Of a DNA stretch of 37,806 nt, positions 9,930 through 21,639 are shown in pieces. The position numbers and the translations under genes are program-made. The stretch is from Selaginella moellendorffii. Taxonomy: Eukaryota; Plantae; Lycopodiophyta. The DNA lies in contig NW_003314463.1 in assembly GCF_000143415.4 (NCBI RefSeq), positions 33,392-71,197 of the forward strand. The letters are read 5' to 3'. Numbering within the stretch: position 1 is the stretch's first letter; the number at the start of each line of letters is the position of its first letter. The notes beneath the pieces are model-generated. The model had not been told where the DNA came from and ran no database searches. It saw nothing but the letters and a program-made list of their open reading frames with translations.

Positions 9930-12694
9930 TGGCCCCAAAATTCCAAAATTCCAAGCAAGGACCTCAAGAAATTGACCACACAATACAAGAGAAGTTCCTG
10001 TATGTTGGAGACTATCCTGGAATAGAAAAAAAAAAACTTCTTTAGACAATCACTGTTCTGGGAGATGATTATGTGCACGAGATTCTAGCGGCAAAAGCTG
10101 TATGAGATCCCCATCTATGCAGGAGAACAAGGTAAAAACAAAGAAAAACTCGATCAGTTTTTGTTCCTCATTCGTTTGCTTTTCTTCCATGCAGGCGCTC
10201 CAAAGTTCTCACAATCGATCTTCAACACTAGATCCCATGGTGAAAACTCTTAATTTGTTTCCAACCAAAGACTTTTAATTCTTCTCCAAATTTACAACAC
10301 TACGTTACAATAAACTTGAGCTTACTTCACATGCGCTTAGAAGAAGTCTATGAGTGGAGCTATGAGCAATAAAATGTATAGTGCCGCTGTGAACCACATT
10401 GTGCCAATCTGGACCCATTTTGAAGGCTAGCCAATGTCGATAGCATCCTTGTCTCCAGTCCAGTGAGCAACATAGCCGAGTACATGCTCGCAGGATATAA
10501 AAGAATGAGTAGATGTACGTGACAGGACGGTGCTGGGACGGCTTCTTTGCTTCGTGGAAGTCGTGCTCAGATCCAGTGCTGCTTAGTTTGTTGCTGTTTT
10601 TGAAATCTCTCCTTGAGAGCAAAGGTTGCAAAGGAGCTTCTGGAAGAAGAATTGAGTAGAAAAACTCACAAAGTCGCTCTAATGTTACCTTCCTTGCGAG
10701 GAGGAGCTGGCAGAGACAGAAAAGTGGTCAAAGAGTCCGCAGAATATATCACGGAGATAAGCGTGGTGGCCACTCTAATTCAATTGTAGTCTCACAGCTC
10801 GCTTGACAATGCATTGTAGCATAGTTACATGCAGTAGAGCAGGTAGCAGACGCCCATTCAGCTGGAACAAAAACAAACAATCATTCATACTCAACAGAAA
10901 AAACGTCGTTACCTAAGGATGCACGAAGATAGCAGAAAAAGAGATGCTAAGAGATAGCGAGCTCGTGATAAAGAAGAGATTGAGCTTGCAATCTTGATAA
11001 GCAGGATTGAACCACTTACACAGATATCCCAAGACAAAAAAAGTCGCGATGTAGCACATTAAGGACACAGCAAGCAAGGCATTATACCTGTGAAGTGTGC
11101 ATCTTGTTCTATGTATAAAACTTCAGTACAAGTTCAAGTTCATTCAAATTGTACAACTCGAAGAATCTTCTGGAGCTCTAGCTGCTTGATTCACGCAGGA
11201 TGGGCTCAATAGAAACCAGAACGTTTTTTATTCCATGAGGCCAGGAGCACTGCAGCTTGGAATAGTTCCTGGTTCCCAATATAGCCACTGGGAATAAGGA
11301 TAAGGGAACACCATTTGTGAGATTTGTCAGCAGGTAATGTCATCCGCACTAAATTTTTTGATTTTCTTACTTTCCTCATATTCGCTGATTTCAATCAATA
11401 TAGAATTTATTCGATCAACTTACAAAATTTCCTTGTCATGCTCGCTCGATGTTGTTGATATTGCATGGAGTTATGCATCCAAGTCGACTGTGAGAATTCC
11501 TCATCCCTTGCTGACCATGGCAAAGTTTCTCAAGTCAGAGTTCTCCTTCTCCTACCCAGCTGTAAGTTCCATGGCACAAGGCTCCTGGCTGCCATGAAAT
11601 CAAAGATGTGCTGGTTGTGTTCTTTGCTCTCCACACACAGATATTGAGAGACTTAGCACTGGTTGGGCGAGTCCTATTTCTATAAGAATGGAACCAGCTC
11701 ACCTGTTTTTTCATGTTCAGTAGATTCTATTTTTGCCCTGCTGGGATTTTATCGATGGAGGCTTTATGGAGTGATCCTTGTGATGGTGGTGGGTAGGAGA
11801 AAGACGAGACTGGGAATCCTGAAATCCCATGCTCTTGTTGCAGCAGGTTGAAGGTAGGGACTTTGTTCCTTGAGTTGTCTGAGAGTTCTAAGCAATTCTG
11901 GCTCTTCCTCATTTATTTTTCTCTCTTTTGTGTTTGGTAGTATGCTCATCAAAAGTGTGTGCAGCACTGGTGCAACTAAAAAGTGGACACCATCTGCAAG
12001 ATTTGTCTGCAGCTACATCATTTACAACTTACAATTTGCTTACCTTCCTTATGTTTGCTGATTTCAATCATTCTTTAGTTTTAAATGCAGCCAAGGTAGA
12101 GCTCCATTCCTGAGAGTTATGACACAACACTTAACAACTTAACTGCAAATGTGGATTTCCGCACAAGGGTCACCAACCTGTCGCTGCTTCCATCGCTGCA
12201 TGATGTTTGTGGTCATGAGAAAAAAACAAAAGCTGCAGAACGCACAGCTTAGAATCAAAGCTGTAAGTCTCAGTAGCAACTGGTAGTAGTAACAAGGTAA
12301 GAAACTTTGTTGTTTAGGCCGGCTGAGATTTCTAAGCAAGTTTCTGGCTTACCTTGCTTGTGTTCTATGATTCTTATGATCATTTTTTCATTTCTTTTTC
12401 TTTTTCTTGGTGTTTGGTGCCTCACCACTGTTTTGCAGCTTTTTAAATGCTACATAGCACCAATCCAGTTTCATGCCACTCCTATTGCTCTCTCCCTAAT
12501 GACCACTTGAGGTATGTGTACTTTTTCTTTTCCTTGACATGCTTACTCGGATTCTTCATTGTTTAGTTTATAATTTTTTTTTATAGTGCTGTTTTTTCAT
12601 TAAGCAATTTCTGTGAAGCTGAGGTAGAGCTCCATTCCTAAGAATTGTGCTTAAGAACTTTCATAGAAGGGTCACTAAACTGTCACTACCACCA
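9930..12694 (+). repeat. Inverted duplicate of 34818-37806 (gene-fragment cargo module)
   Basis: Near-identical ORFs on opposite strands: 10305..10631- vs 36864..37190+, and 12139..12339- vs 35175+. Confidence 0.93.
10337..11087 (-). pseudogene. SERINC/TDE membrane protein 3' fragment, copy 1
   Basis: YNALLAVSL, WFNPAYQDCKLNLFFI, LNGRLLPA, RPVTYIYSFF, ASMYSAMLLTG, AIDIG*PSKWVQIGTMWFTAALYILLLIAPLI; short introns, stops and frameshifts. Confidence 0.85.
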
Positions 12695-12806
12695 AATCGG
12701 AGGCTCCAGCTCTGGACGAGGTTCCGTCTCTGCCTTGGTTCGCTTCTACCCTGCCTTTGCCATCTCCCAGCAATCTGCCTCTATCCTTCACTACAACTGA
12801 GGAAAA

Positions 12807-12819
12807 GGCTCCAATACCA
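12807..12819 (-). promoter_or_regulatory. PBS, initiator tRNA-Met type (degenerate)
   Basis: Minus strand GGCTTACA-ATT-TGGTATTGGAGCC, against the consensus TGGTATCAGAGCC. Confidence 0.8.
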
Positions 12820-12822
12820 AAT

Positions 12823-13910
12823 TGTAAGCCACAAATTTTTCCTTTCCAATTTGCTAGCTTACCTCGTCTATCCGTTCAACACTGCCTTGGCTTTTGCTAA
12901 ATTCCCTTACCAAGGTTCCTGCCTATGGTACCAGCTCCTACTTGGTCCTACTTGGTTTCATCTACTCACTTCATGAGTAACAGAGTGTTAGCCATCCATC
13001 CACAGATTCCCAAATCTCTCCCAATCCCCCTCCCCGGGTTAGACTGGACTTAAGGTTCGGCTACACTCCCCATAAGCACAAGCAGCCAAGCACACCAAGC
13101 TTCTAGGTTCCTAACATCCCTTGGTACCACAAGACTTGATCATGGGACCCTCTAAGTCCTAAGTCTCAGGTGCAACACTTGCTTCGGGATGCCGGGGCGA
13201 AACACCGTGGCCTAACAGCCCGGTATGGGTACCTCTACCCCCCCCCCCCCCACTTCCATCCCGAAGGGAAGGTCCAAGCCCCTAGGAAGGGCGAGGACCA
13301 ATGAGCCGCATGGTACTCAAATGGGGCACCACTCCACATGAGCCAGGAGCACTACAGTCAGTTTCCCTTTCGGGAGTGGGAGCTGCTCTTGAGCACTTCC
13401 TTGGATGGCCCCTCCGGCACCAACCAAGTCTATGCTCATTCCCACCCATTCCCATTCCCATTCCCAACCTCAAGTTAGTTTGGAAGCCCCACTGGAGAGT
13501 TCCTTCAAAATTGGTTCCTAGACCTCACTATCCCTACAAAATTTTGGGAACCCCCGGAAGGCCCCCCCCCCCCCCCCCCCCCTGGGAGACGCACGCACGC
13601 TTTGGGCTTTCACCCCTTGACCCGTATTAGTACTCGGACTTAGTCTCTGGCTTGATCTTGGACTCGATCTCGGATCCGACTTCAGATTCAGTCTCGGACT
13701 CGATCTCGAACTCGATCTCGGACCCGACCTCGGACTTGACCTCGGACTCAGTCTCGAACCCGATTTTGGATTTCGGACTCCGTTTCAAACTCGATCTCGA
13801 ACTCGGTCTCGAACTCGGTCTCCGAGTCGGTTTCGGACTCGATTCCGGACTCTATCTTGAACTCGGTCTTAGAGTCAGTCTTGGACTCGATCTTAGACTT
13901 GGTCCCATCT
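12823..13910 (-). mobile_element. Truncated, diverged relative of the large LTR, copy 3 (a 5' LTR)
   Basis: Starts TGTAAGCC on +; poly-C at 13562-13582; reverse-complement minisatellite at 13632-13910; adjacent PBS and a short internal leader at ~12695-12806. Confidence 0.8.
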
Positions 13911-14150
13911 GATGAACTCTTTATCATTTTGGTCATGCTTTCGGGGCTCCTTTACCTTACGACACCTTGGCGAGTTGGTTCCTTACATTAAGATGAGATC
14001 ACCAGGTGATTTTGTGGCTAAACAAAGACAAGGTCTTTGTTTGGGTTAAGGAATATGATTCTCAGTTCAAATTGTTGATTTGAACTATTGATAATGGTGT
14101 GATTTGGTCGAGGTGACCAAGTGAAATGTACACCTAAGGGAAATGAGATA

Positions 14151-16899
14151 TGTCAAAGCGATGACATAGTGAGTCTAAGGAAAGTAGTCTCTATAAAAGA
14201 CCCATGAGGGTCACAAAGTTGGGCTGTGGATAAAGCCCACAGCAGAAGATGCTAAAGAGACATACTAGGGGTGAACACCCTCTGGACTTGGCAAAAGAAA
14301 GTCTTTGCTATAGAACCGAAAGGATACCTCGAAAATGGAGGTAGTGATCCTATGTTGCTAGGTGCAACAATCAAGGATAGGAGCAAAAAACTAGTGGCTA
14401 AGAAAACAACTATGGGAATCATGGGAAAGAATCCAAATGGCAAAGTTAGGCCAATAACACTAAGGTGTTGGGTGCTAACGGATTGTGGGGAAGGCAATGT
14501 GTTCCCAAAGATGGATTCCCAATTGCTCTAATGTGGCGAAAGTGGAAGCTACAAGAGTGGGAGCGGTAAGGTAGCCAAATGATAGGGTTGTGGACAGCCC
14601 TAGCACAAATTATGATAACTGGAACTTAGTGCCAAAGGTAGCACGAAATCGAAGAGAGGATGATGTTGCTCTCAAGTAAAGAACTTCCAAGGATGGGGAA
14701 GTGGAGTTGCACAATATGTGTAATGCAAGGTGTCAGAAACACCCAGGAAAATGGCTTCGAGAAGTCAGAATTAAAACTTCCAAAGTGCAAGGGTTATATC
14801 TATGGAAAGTGAGACCACTTGAGAAGGAGTAGTGGGATTTGAGATAGAGGAGGTGCCTCTAATGAGTTTAGCGAGGACTAAACCAATAAACGGAGAGAAC
14901 CACCACAAGTGGTTGAATGAGCCTCTAAGTGGGAGAGGCTATGTCCCTTAGAGGATGGACAAGGCATGGTGAGCCTTTGGTGTCAAACCATAGACAAATA
15001 TTGGTTGGGTACTAAGGATGGGAAGGGTAATACTTGTTGGTATTACTTTATAAAATGGTTCATCGTTCGATGAGGACATCGAACTTCGTCTATGCGTGGT
15101 GGAGTTGTGAGACACAAAATCCCTAGGCCCCAAAGTGGAGCCGGAAGGGTGCCACGTGGTAGTGGCCGAAGCAAAAGCCAGATGAGTGTAACACGTTTGG
15201 ACCAAAAGCTCCAACTTGAAAGGTCGAGAGCGGGAGTAGAACTCCCAATGCAGGGCTCGAGGAATGAGTACAAAGTGAGCAATAAGTGAGGCCCCAAAAA
15301 GGGACCTGAGATGGACCCGAGATAGAGTCCGAGATGGACCCAAGATGGAGTCCAAGATGGACCGAGATGGAGTCCGAGATGGACCGAGACGGAGTCCGAG
15401 ATGGATCCGAGATGGAATCCGAGATGGAGTCCGAGATGGACCGAGACGGAGTCCGAGATGGAGTCTGAGATGGACCCGAGATAGAATCCGAGATGGAGTC
15501 CGAGATGGAGTCCAAGATGGGATCCGAAATGGAATCTGAGATGGAGTCTGAGATGGAGTCCGAGATGGACCGAGACAGAGTCCGAGATGGAGTCCAAAAT
15601 GGATCCAAGATGGAATCTGAGATGGAGTCCGAGAAGGACTCGAGATGGAGTCCGAGGTCGAGACTGAGATCGAGACCGAGACCGAGACCGAGACCGGGAC
15701 TGAGACCGAGACCGAGACCGAGACCGGGACCGAGACCGAGATCAGGACCGAGACAAAGACCAAGGCCAAGGCCAAGACCGAGGCCAAGACTGAGTCTGAG
15801 TCTGAGTCTGAGTCCAAGTCCGAGTCCAAGTCCGAGTCCGAGTCCGAGTCCGAGTCTGAGTCTGAGTCCGAGTCCGAGTCCGAGTCTGAGTCCGAGTCTG
15901 AGAGGGTGAAAGCCCAAAGTGTTTGTCTTCCAAGACCCTGGGGGGTTTGGTGAGCTCCAAAAGTATAGTAAGGGGGAGGACTGCAGTGGAGCTAGTTTGG
16001 CCAGGAAAGGCCAGTTTGGCCTAGAAAGGCTGTACCCGGTATTGGGTGATGAGTTGCCCACTGGGAAGTCTAAGACTAGAGTGAACACGGACTGACAAGC
16101 AGGTTAGCTTGGTGAAATGTTCAAGAGCCGGCTCTAGTTCCCCCGGGAGATCGACTGGCCGATGCTCCTAGTCCAAGTGTGGGTGGCACTACCTACTTGG
16201 ATACCAGGTGTGGCTCAACGGAACCTCGCTCTAAGCCCATGGCTAGAGCACCCAAAGGCAGAAGGCAGGGAGGGTACCCATGAGGCTTGCGTAGGGCCTC
16301 AGTGTTCCGAAATGTTGTCCCAAAGGCCCAGACTGTGGAAAGGAAGAGGAGTAGTCCTCTGGTGTAGTGACCAAGGATACTGTCGTGTGGTGAGGAAGTC
16401 CCAGAGGACCATGGGACTTAGTGGTCAGGCCTGTGGGCCTTGATCTAGTGGCAGTGTTGGTGAACACAGCCAAGGACTGAAAGGGACTTGGTGGGGACCA
16501 AAAAGGAGATATTGGGGAAGGCTATTCCCCATGTCTGCAGGCATCCTAAGGATGCTAAAGAGTGGATCTGGGATGACCACTTATGTACGGATGGCCCAGT
16601 TTTGGAGAGACGGGATTGCAATGTAGGTGGTGTTGGACCACCGATGTGACCAAGGTGATTGGGCATGGCCTAATGTAACGAGCTGGTATGTTAATGGTGC
16701 CTTGGGGTGTCGGTCATGGGACCAGACACGTGGAGCACTTGGACCAAGTGCAAAGGTTGAGTGGCATGGATGCCATTCTCAGGGCTAGCAAGCCCCAAGT
16801 CTTGAGAGGGACTTATGGAGGTTGTGAATGAGACTCCTCCAAGTGGTTAGAGGTGCAGTTAAGTGACTAAAGTAGAATGGAGAAAATTAGTCGCTTACA
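14151..16899 (+). mobile_element. Large LTR, copy 2
   Basis: TGTCA...GTCGCTTACA; colinear with copy 1; preceded by purine-rich AAGGGAAATGAGATA and a pol-like remnant (KDKVFVWVKE). Confidence 0.85.
15303..15901 (+). repeat. Minisatellite inside LTR copy 2
   Basis: Same 12-mer and 6-mer units as 7722-8280. Confidence 0.95.
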
Positions 16900-18300
16900 G
16901 TGGTGAATCACTCTTTGATGATATGTTACCTGTAGCTAAGTATTGTTGAAGAACTGATCTTAGATACTAAATATAGTATCTTTGACTTTAATTAGCTTGG
17001 TTGCTAAAGAGTTTTGAGTGGTGATTCACTCTTGCTTTCTTCTAGTCTTGTTCTGGTGTTGATAGCATTGAAGTGATGCCTTGTCGTTGACATTATTGAT
17101 GTTGAGATTCAAGTGAGATGAGATGTTTCTCCTTATGATTGACATTGAGTATCATTAGTCTCAATGCAATTAGTGTTGATGCTTGGGTTGTAACTTTATG
17201 TTATTAATATTTGTACAATTGCTAGTTAGCAACTGTATTGATGTTCAAATGAGCTGAGTGGCAAGTTTGAGTTAGTTATATTCTAGACGAGATTATTTAG
17301 TAAGGGTTGAGCTTTGAGCTTTTCTTTGAAAAGTGATTTAGTCATGGACTATGCTAACTTTGCAAGCGGAAGAGTTAATGATTGATATTGGAATGTTTAA
17401 ATCCTGATTGGATTTGAGTTGGAATATATCAATCATTGATGATTCTTTTTTGAGCTTGTTATAAAGTGAGTTATATCTTGCTATAGATGGATTCCTGGAG
17501 GATCGTTTAGTGATCATTTGTTAAGCATAGCTCCATTATACTTATCTTTTGGATTGATGCAGATATACTCTTCATTAGCTTTGCATTATGAAGTTTAACT
17601 TATGGATATGTTGAGAAGGATATTATGGGTTATACCATAATTTCTTCTTTGGTATTAAAGCTAGTTCATGCGAGACTCGTGATCATTGTTAGGAAAAACT
17701 TAGTTATGGACTTCTTCGAGCTTTTGGTTCTTTGAGTTTTATATTCATTATTCATTTGTTAGAAATTGTTGGAGAAGGCATTTTAGCTCTTAGATTCAAT
17801 GTTCAAGTTAGTATTTGCATCTAACAATCATTAGTGATGATTAATTATCATTTGAGATAGTTGATTATCCTTGTCAAAGGTTTTGTTTGATTATTGTTGA
17901 TCTAGAATGATTTACCATTTTTCAGGGTGATAAATTCTTTCTTCAACAATGATTATGTATCTCTTCATTGATGGGATGATTGATAATCTTTCATGATGGT
18001 TAATTGTTCTCTTTGATGGTTTATGGCTTTTTTGCATTACCACATGTTCTTTATGGTTTGCTCTAGATTAGTCTCTTGGGTTTGAGACATCAATAGCTGA
18101 TGCTTGCTTGAGCAACTTTGGTTCCTTGGTATTGTTGACCGGGATCTATTCAGATTGACTAGTACACTAGTTGGCATGAATGAATGTTTGTTCATTTTAC
18201 CGCATTTATTTTATTCTATTGATTATTGTTTGAGTTAATTCTATGTCGATGAAATAGTCATGGAAGTGCAAGCGAAGAACACCTACTGGTATCGTCCTAT
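16900..18300 (+). mobile_element. Highly degraded, probably retroelement-internal sequence
   Basis: T/G-rich, no ORFs, follows the LTR end; faint IV(S)DRD-like integrase remnant near 18130. Confidence 0.3.
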
Positions 18301-19571
18301 CCCAACCAGTGTGCTGCTCAGAGTGTCCTTGATGATCCTCTCGACCTGAAGAAAGGATCTAGAGTAGCTGTGGATAGCCATACTTGCGTCCCAACTCTCA
18401 CCAAAACACCCAAGCTCAGTGACAGCAGAAGCAAAACCAAAACGTTCCCTCTCCAACTTTCCATCTTCGTCCTCTCGTTTTGCACTTCTTCTTCCTCGAA
18501 TTTTCTTGGCAGTGACTGATGATCTGAAGATGAGTGTCGTTCCTTGATGAAATGAAGCAAAGGTCCAAATCCAGGGAAGCTTGCGCTCATAGATTTTATG
18601 AAGTCCAAGCTCTACACGAAAAATAGGTTTAGGGCAGCCATTTTAGCATTCCGGGTTTGTTTTAGATATCTCTATTGGCCATGCATTCTAGGGTTTCTAG
18701 ATCACACATTAGGTTTCTGTGACAACTCATGTTTAGTCACTATGAGTAGTCGCTTCTTTTCTCTTTGTTAGTCAATTATCGGATTCTTTGTTAATTTTTC
18801 TTTTTCTCTCTTGGCAGGATTTCTGGATATAGCATAATTTAGCATATAATACAACAATTGTGAAAAAAGAGTATCCTCTAAGGCAGGCTTGCTCAAGAAT
18901 ATTTAACATAACATTAGCATAACCATACAAGTTAATAAATAGTTAACAAATGGTATGGTTAATTTTATGCAGGTTCAATATTTAATTATAATCCTCTATA
19001 TTTCATTGGCTATAACCTTTGTAAACCAAGCTCATATGAGTGTCATGATAAATAGTTATCTCAAACATGTTGTAAACTTTATAAAGTTAACTTAAACTTT
19101 GTAATCCAATACAGCTCACTAATAAAATAAAATCAAAAACTAATGTTAAATTTAATCTTCCTCAACCATATATTTTCCTTGTATAAGAATTAAATGTCCA
19201 ATATAATACCATCAGAGCTGTGAATGTTGTAGAAAATAAATAAAGACTTTACACATGTTATAGCCCTTTTTTTTCAGTAACATGACAAAGAAAACCTATT
19301 TTAGGTGTTGAACTCACACTATTGATTCTAAAGAAGAATGCAAGAAATACATTGAATAGAGGTAAGTAGTTTTAGAGAATTGGTATAGCAAGAGGAAGGT
19401 TTGTCATGGTTAGGAGCAAGTTAATGTCAAGAAAGCTAAGGCAATGATTAGGTAGGTAACCTTTTTTTTATGTTAATAGTACGTGGAATGATCCATGAAG
19501 TGTGCAATGGGCAGTGATGGTGATGGACGAACAGGGTCTACCTCTTGCATTCAGGGAAAATAGGTCTCTCA

Positions 19572-19790
19572 ACCATGGCAACAACAACACTAATTCCTGT
19601 ATTAGACAATGATATTGTGTACTGGTGCTTCTTGCAAGTGCCACTATCAGCCCATGGCCAAATGCATAAAGTGAATAGAGCATGGAGGAATCTTGTCTCC
19701 AGTGCTAAATTTTATGATGATCATTCTGTACAAGGATTGATTGAAGGTATACTGGTGGTAATAGTGTTTCTTAATCAAAGAAAAGAGGTT
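19572..19790 (+). pseudogene. F-box domain fragment (F-box/kelch-type N-terminus)
   Basis: MATTTLIPVLDNDIVYWCFLQVPLSAHGQMHKVNRAWRNLVSSAKFY matches the LIPGLPDD..CL.RVP...H..L..V..AWR.L.SS..FY pattern. Confidence 0.75.
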
Positions 19791-19927
19791 TTGATCATTC
19801 AATCCCAGAAGTGCCAATTCCACATCAATACACAAGAGAATTTGTGTGTCAAACTCTTGGCAGCAAATTCTATCTTATTGATCTTCAAACTACACATCTA
19901 ATAATGACCATGTGACACTTAAAACAG

Positions 19928-20599
19928 AGGGCCGGGTTCAATTTGCAATTGGGAGTTTGGACATCCATGATGCGCCACAATGCATTAACGTTGCTACAGA
20001 TGATGCACAATCAGACGCGAGTAATATTACCATTTGACTTTCTCCTAACGCAGGAGGATTGCTTGACTATGGTCCATGTGAGGGGTAGCAAGCCCATCTT
20101 CGTCAAGCCAGAGGCTGTAGTGATGAACCGAACTGCTAGGTCAAGTGAAATCCTCATCATCGATGACTCGCCGATTAAAACTGCAGCGAACACGCACACA
20201 TATGCAGTGCACCCCATCTCTTGCAGTATGGAAACTAGGGAGAAGAAACCGTATGTTCTGGGGGACCTTGCAAAACGGCTTGAAGCGATGGTGATAGAGA
20301 ACCGGCCAGTCCAGGAGGTGGCTGCAGAAATCAACCAAATGGCAGATGGAACGGTATATCAGAAGCCATTTGATCGGACAGACACCAGTCATCATTTATG
20401 GCATGTATATTGTCTAGCCAAGCACTATCCGCATCTCCATAATCTGCTTAACTAGATGGGTTCTTCGACCACTGAACATGAGCGTGGACGTATTAGAGAA
20501 GAGATGGCATTACTATTGGGTTTAAATCCTGATAGTGTGGAGAGTGATGAAATTCCAAGATTATTGTATAGGCGTTGGAGGCAAAAAATAACAGTCTGA
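19928..20599 (+). pseudogene. FCP1/NIF-family HAD phosphatase-like domain (N-terminal DxDx(T/V) motif not present)
   Basis: LGVWTSMMRHN, FLLTQEDC, KPIFVK, ILIIDDSPIK..N..AVHP; frame continues past the TAG at 20453 to the TGA at 20597. Confidence 0.75.
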
Positions 20600-21038
20600 G
20601 ATGGCATGTATTTATTTAAAAATGTAACTTATTATGGCATGGGGTTCCATGCCATTGTATTAATATTAAAAGACAATTCTTTGAGAGGATTTGCATTATA
20701 CTAGAAGTGTTACAGCATGTTATTGGAAGTCTACGAAGTTGTTTTATTAATAAGGGGAAAGTAAAGATTGAATGGGGACTTGGGCTCCACCTAGACTCGA
20801 AGCAACTGAGCCAATATTAAAAGGATGGAAAGAAATTGGATGACGATGACAAGGAGAAGAGAGAGGTGAAGTAGTGGCAGGGGGAGGAGAAGTGATTGAG
20901 TAGACATTTCCTTGTTTAAAATAAAATGGCATGTGCCTCAATGCAGTTGAATTTTGTTATATTTATATACTATATAAAGGTTTGGAAACCTTATTTTACA
21001 AGTGGGATAATGACAATTCCCACTTTAACGAAATAGAG
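19928..21038 (+). mobile_element. Right-hand portion of a putative DNA transposon, copy B
   Basis: Palindrome ATGGCATGG-GGTT-CCATGCCAT at 20634-20655; terminal TCCCACTTTAACGAAATAGAG at 21018-21038, with AAGTGGGA..TCCCACTT hairpin. Confidence 0.55.
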
Positions 21039-21039
21039 T

Positions 21040-21540
21040 TTAACTAGGGAGTTGTTAGTTCAGTGGAATGGTTATTCCATAGACGAAGCTACATGGGAAA
21101 CTGAGGATGACATGAAGTGAGTGTTTCCGAGTTTTGGTTATGACTTGGATGACATTCTTGAGGAAGGGGAGAATTGAGTTCTATAGCCGTATTGCTATAT
21201 GATTTGAGCCGTTTGTTCTATTCTCATTCTCTTGTTTTCCATGACCGTATTGTTATGTGAGAAAGCCATATTGCTTTCTTTCTTTTGTGACCATTTATTG
21301 CGATATTGGTGTTGCCGTTTGCACATCTTTTCTCCATGGCCGTATTGCCTTGGACTCCCTTCATGTGAGGCTCATTTAGCTTCTTGAAGCTGCCGTATGT
21401 GGCTGGGTCATAAGGGAGGGGAGAATGACACAAACCATGGGAATATTCCAAGAATATTCCATAGCCTGTGGGATTTAAGGCCGTAACGCATTAAGGGTTG
21501 GGAGGTTGGCCTAGGGTTCGCTGTCTTGTTCGTTTCAAGA
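21040..21540 (+). mobile_element. Chromovirus (Ty3/Gypsy) 3' end: chromodomain, PPT and start of the 3' LTR
   Basis: ELLVQWNGYSIDEATWETEDDM; PPT GAGGAAGGGGAGAA at 21160-21173; LTR TG at 21175; right boundary approximate. Confidence 0.8.
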
Positions 21541-21639
21541 TTGGTTCAAAACAAACCAATCTTCCCAACACCAAGGAAATTGCTCCTATTTTTTTAAAAA
21601 GTTTTTTTCTATGTTTACTTAAGTTTATTTGTCATTTTC

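Noticed and set aside
16900-16915. PBS after LTR copy 2 (G-TGGTGAATCAC)
   Set aside because: Only TGGT matches; no convincing tRNA complement
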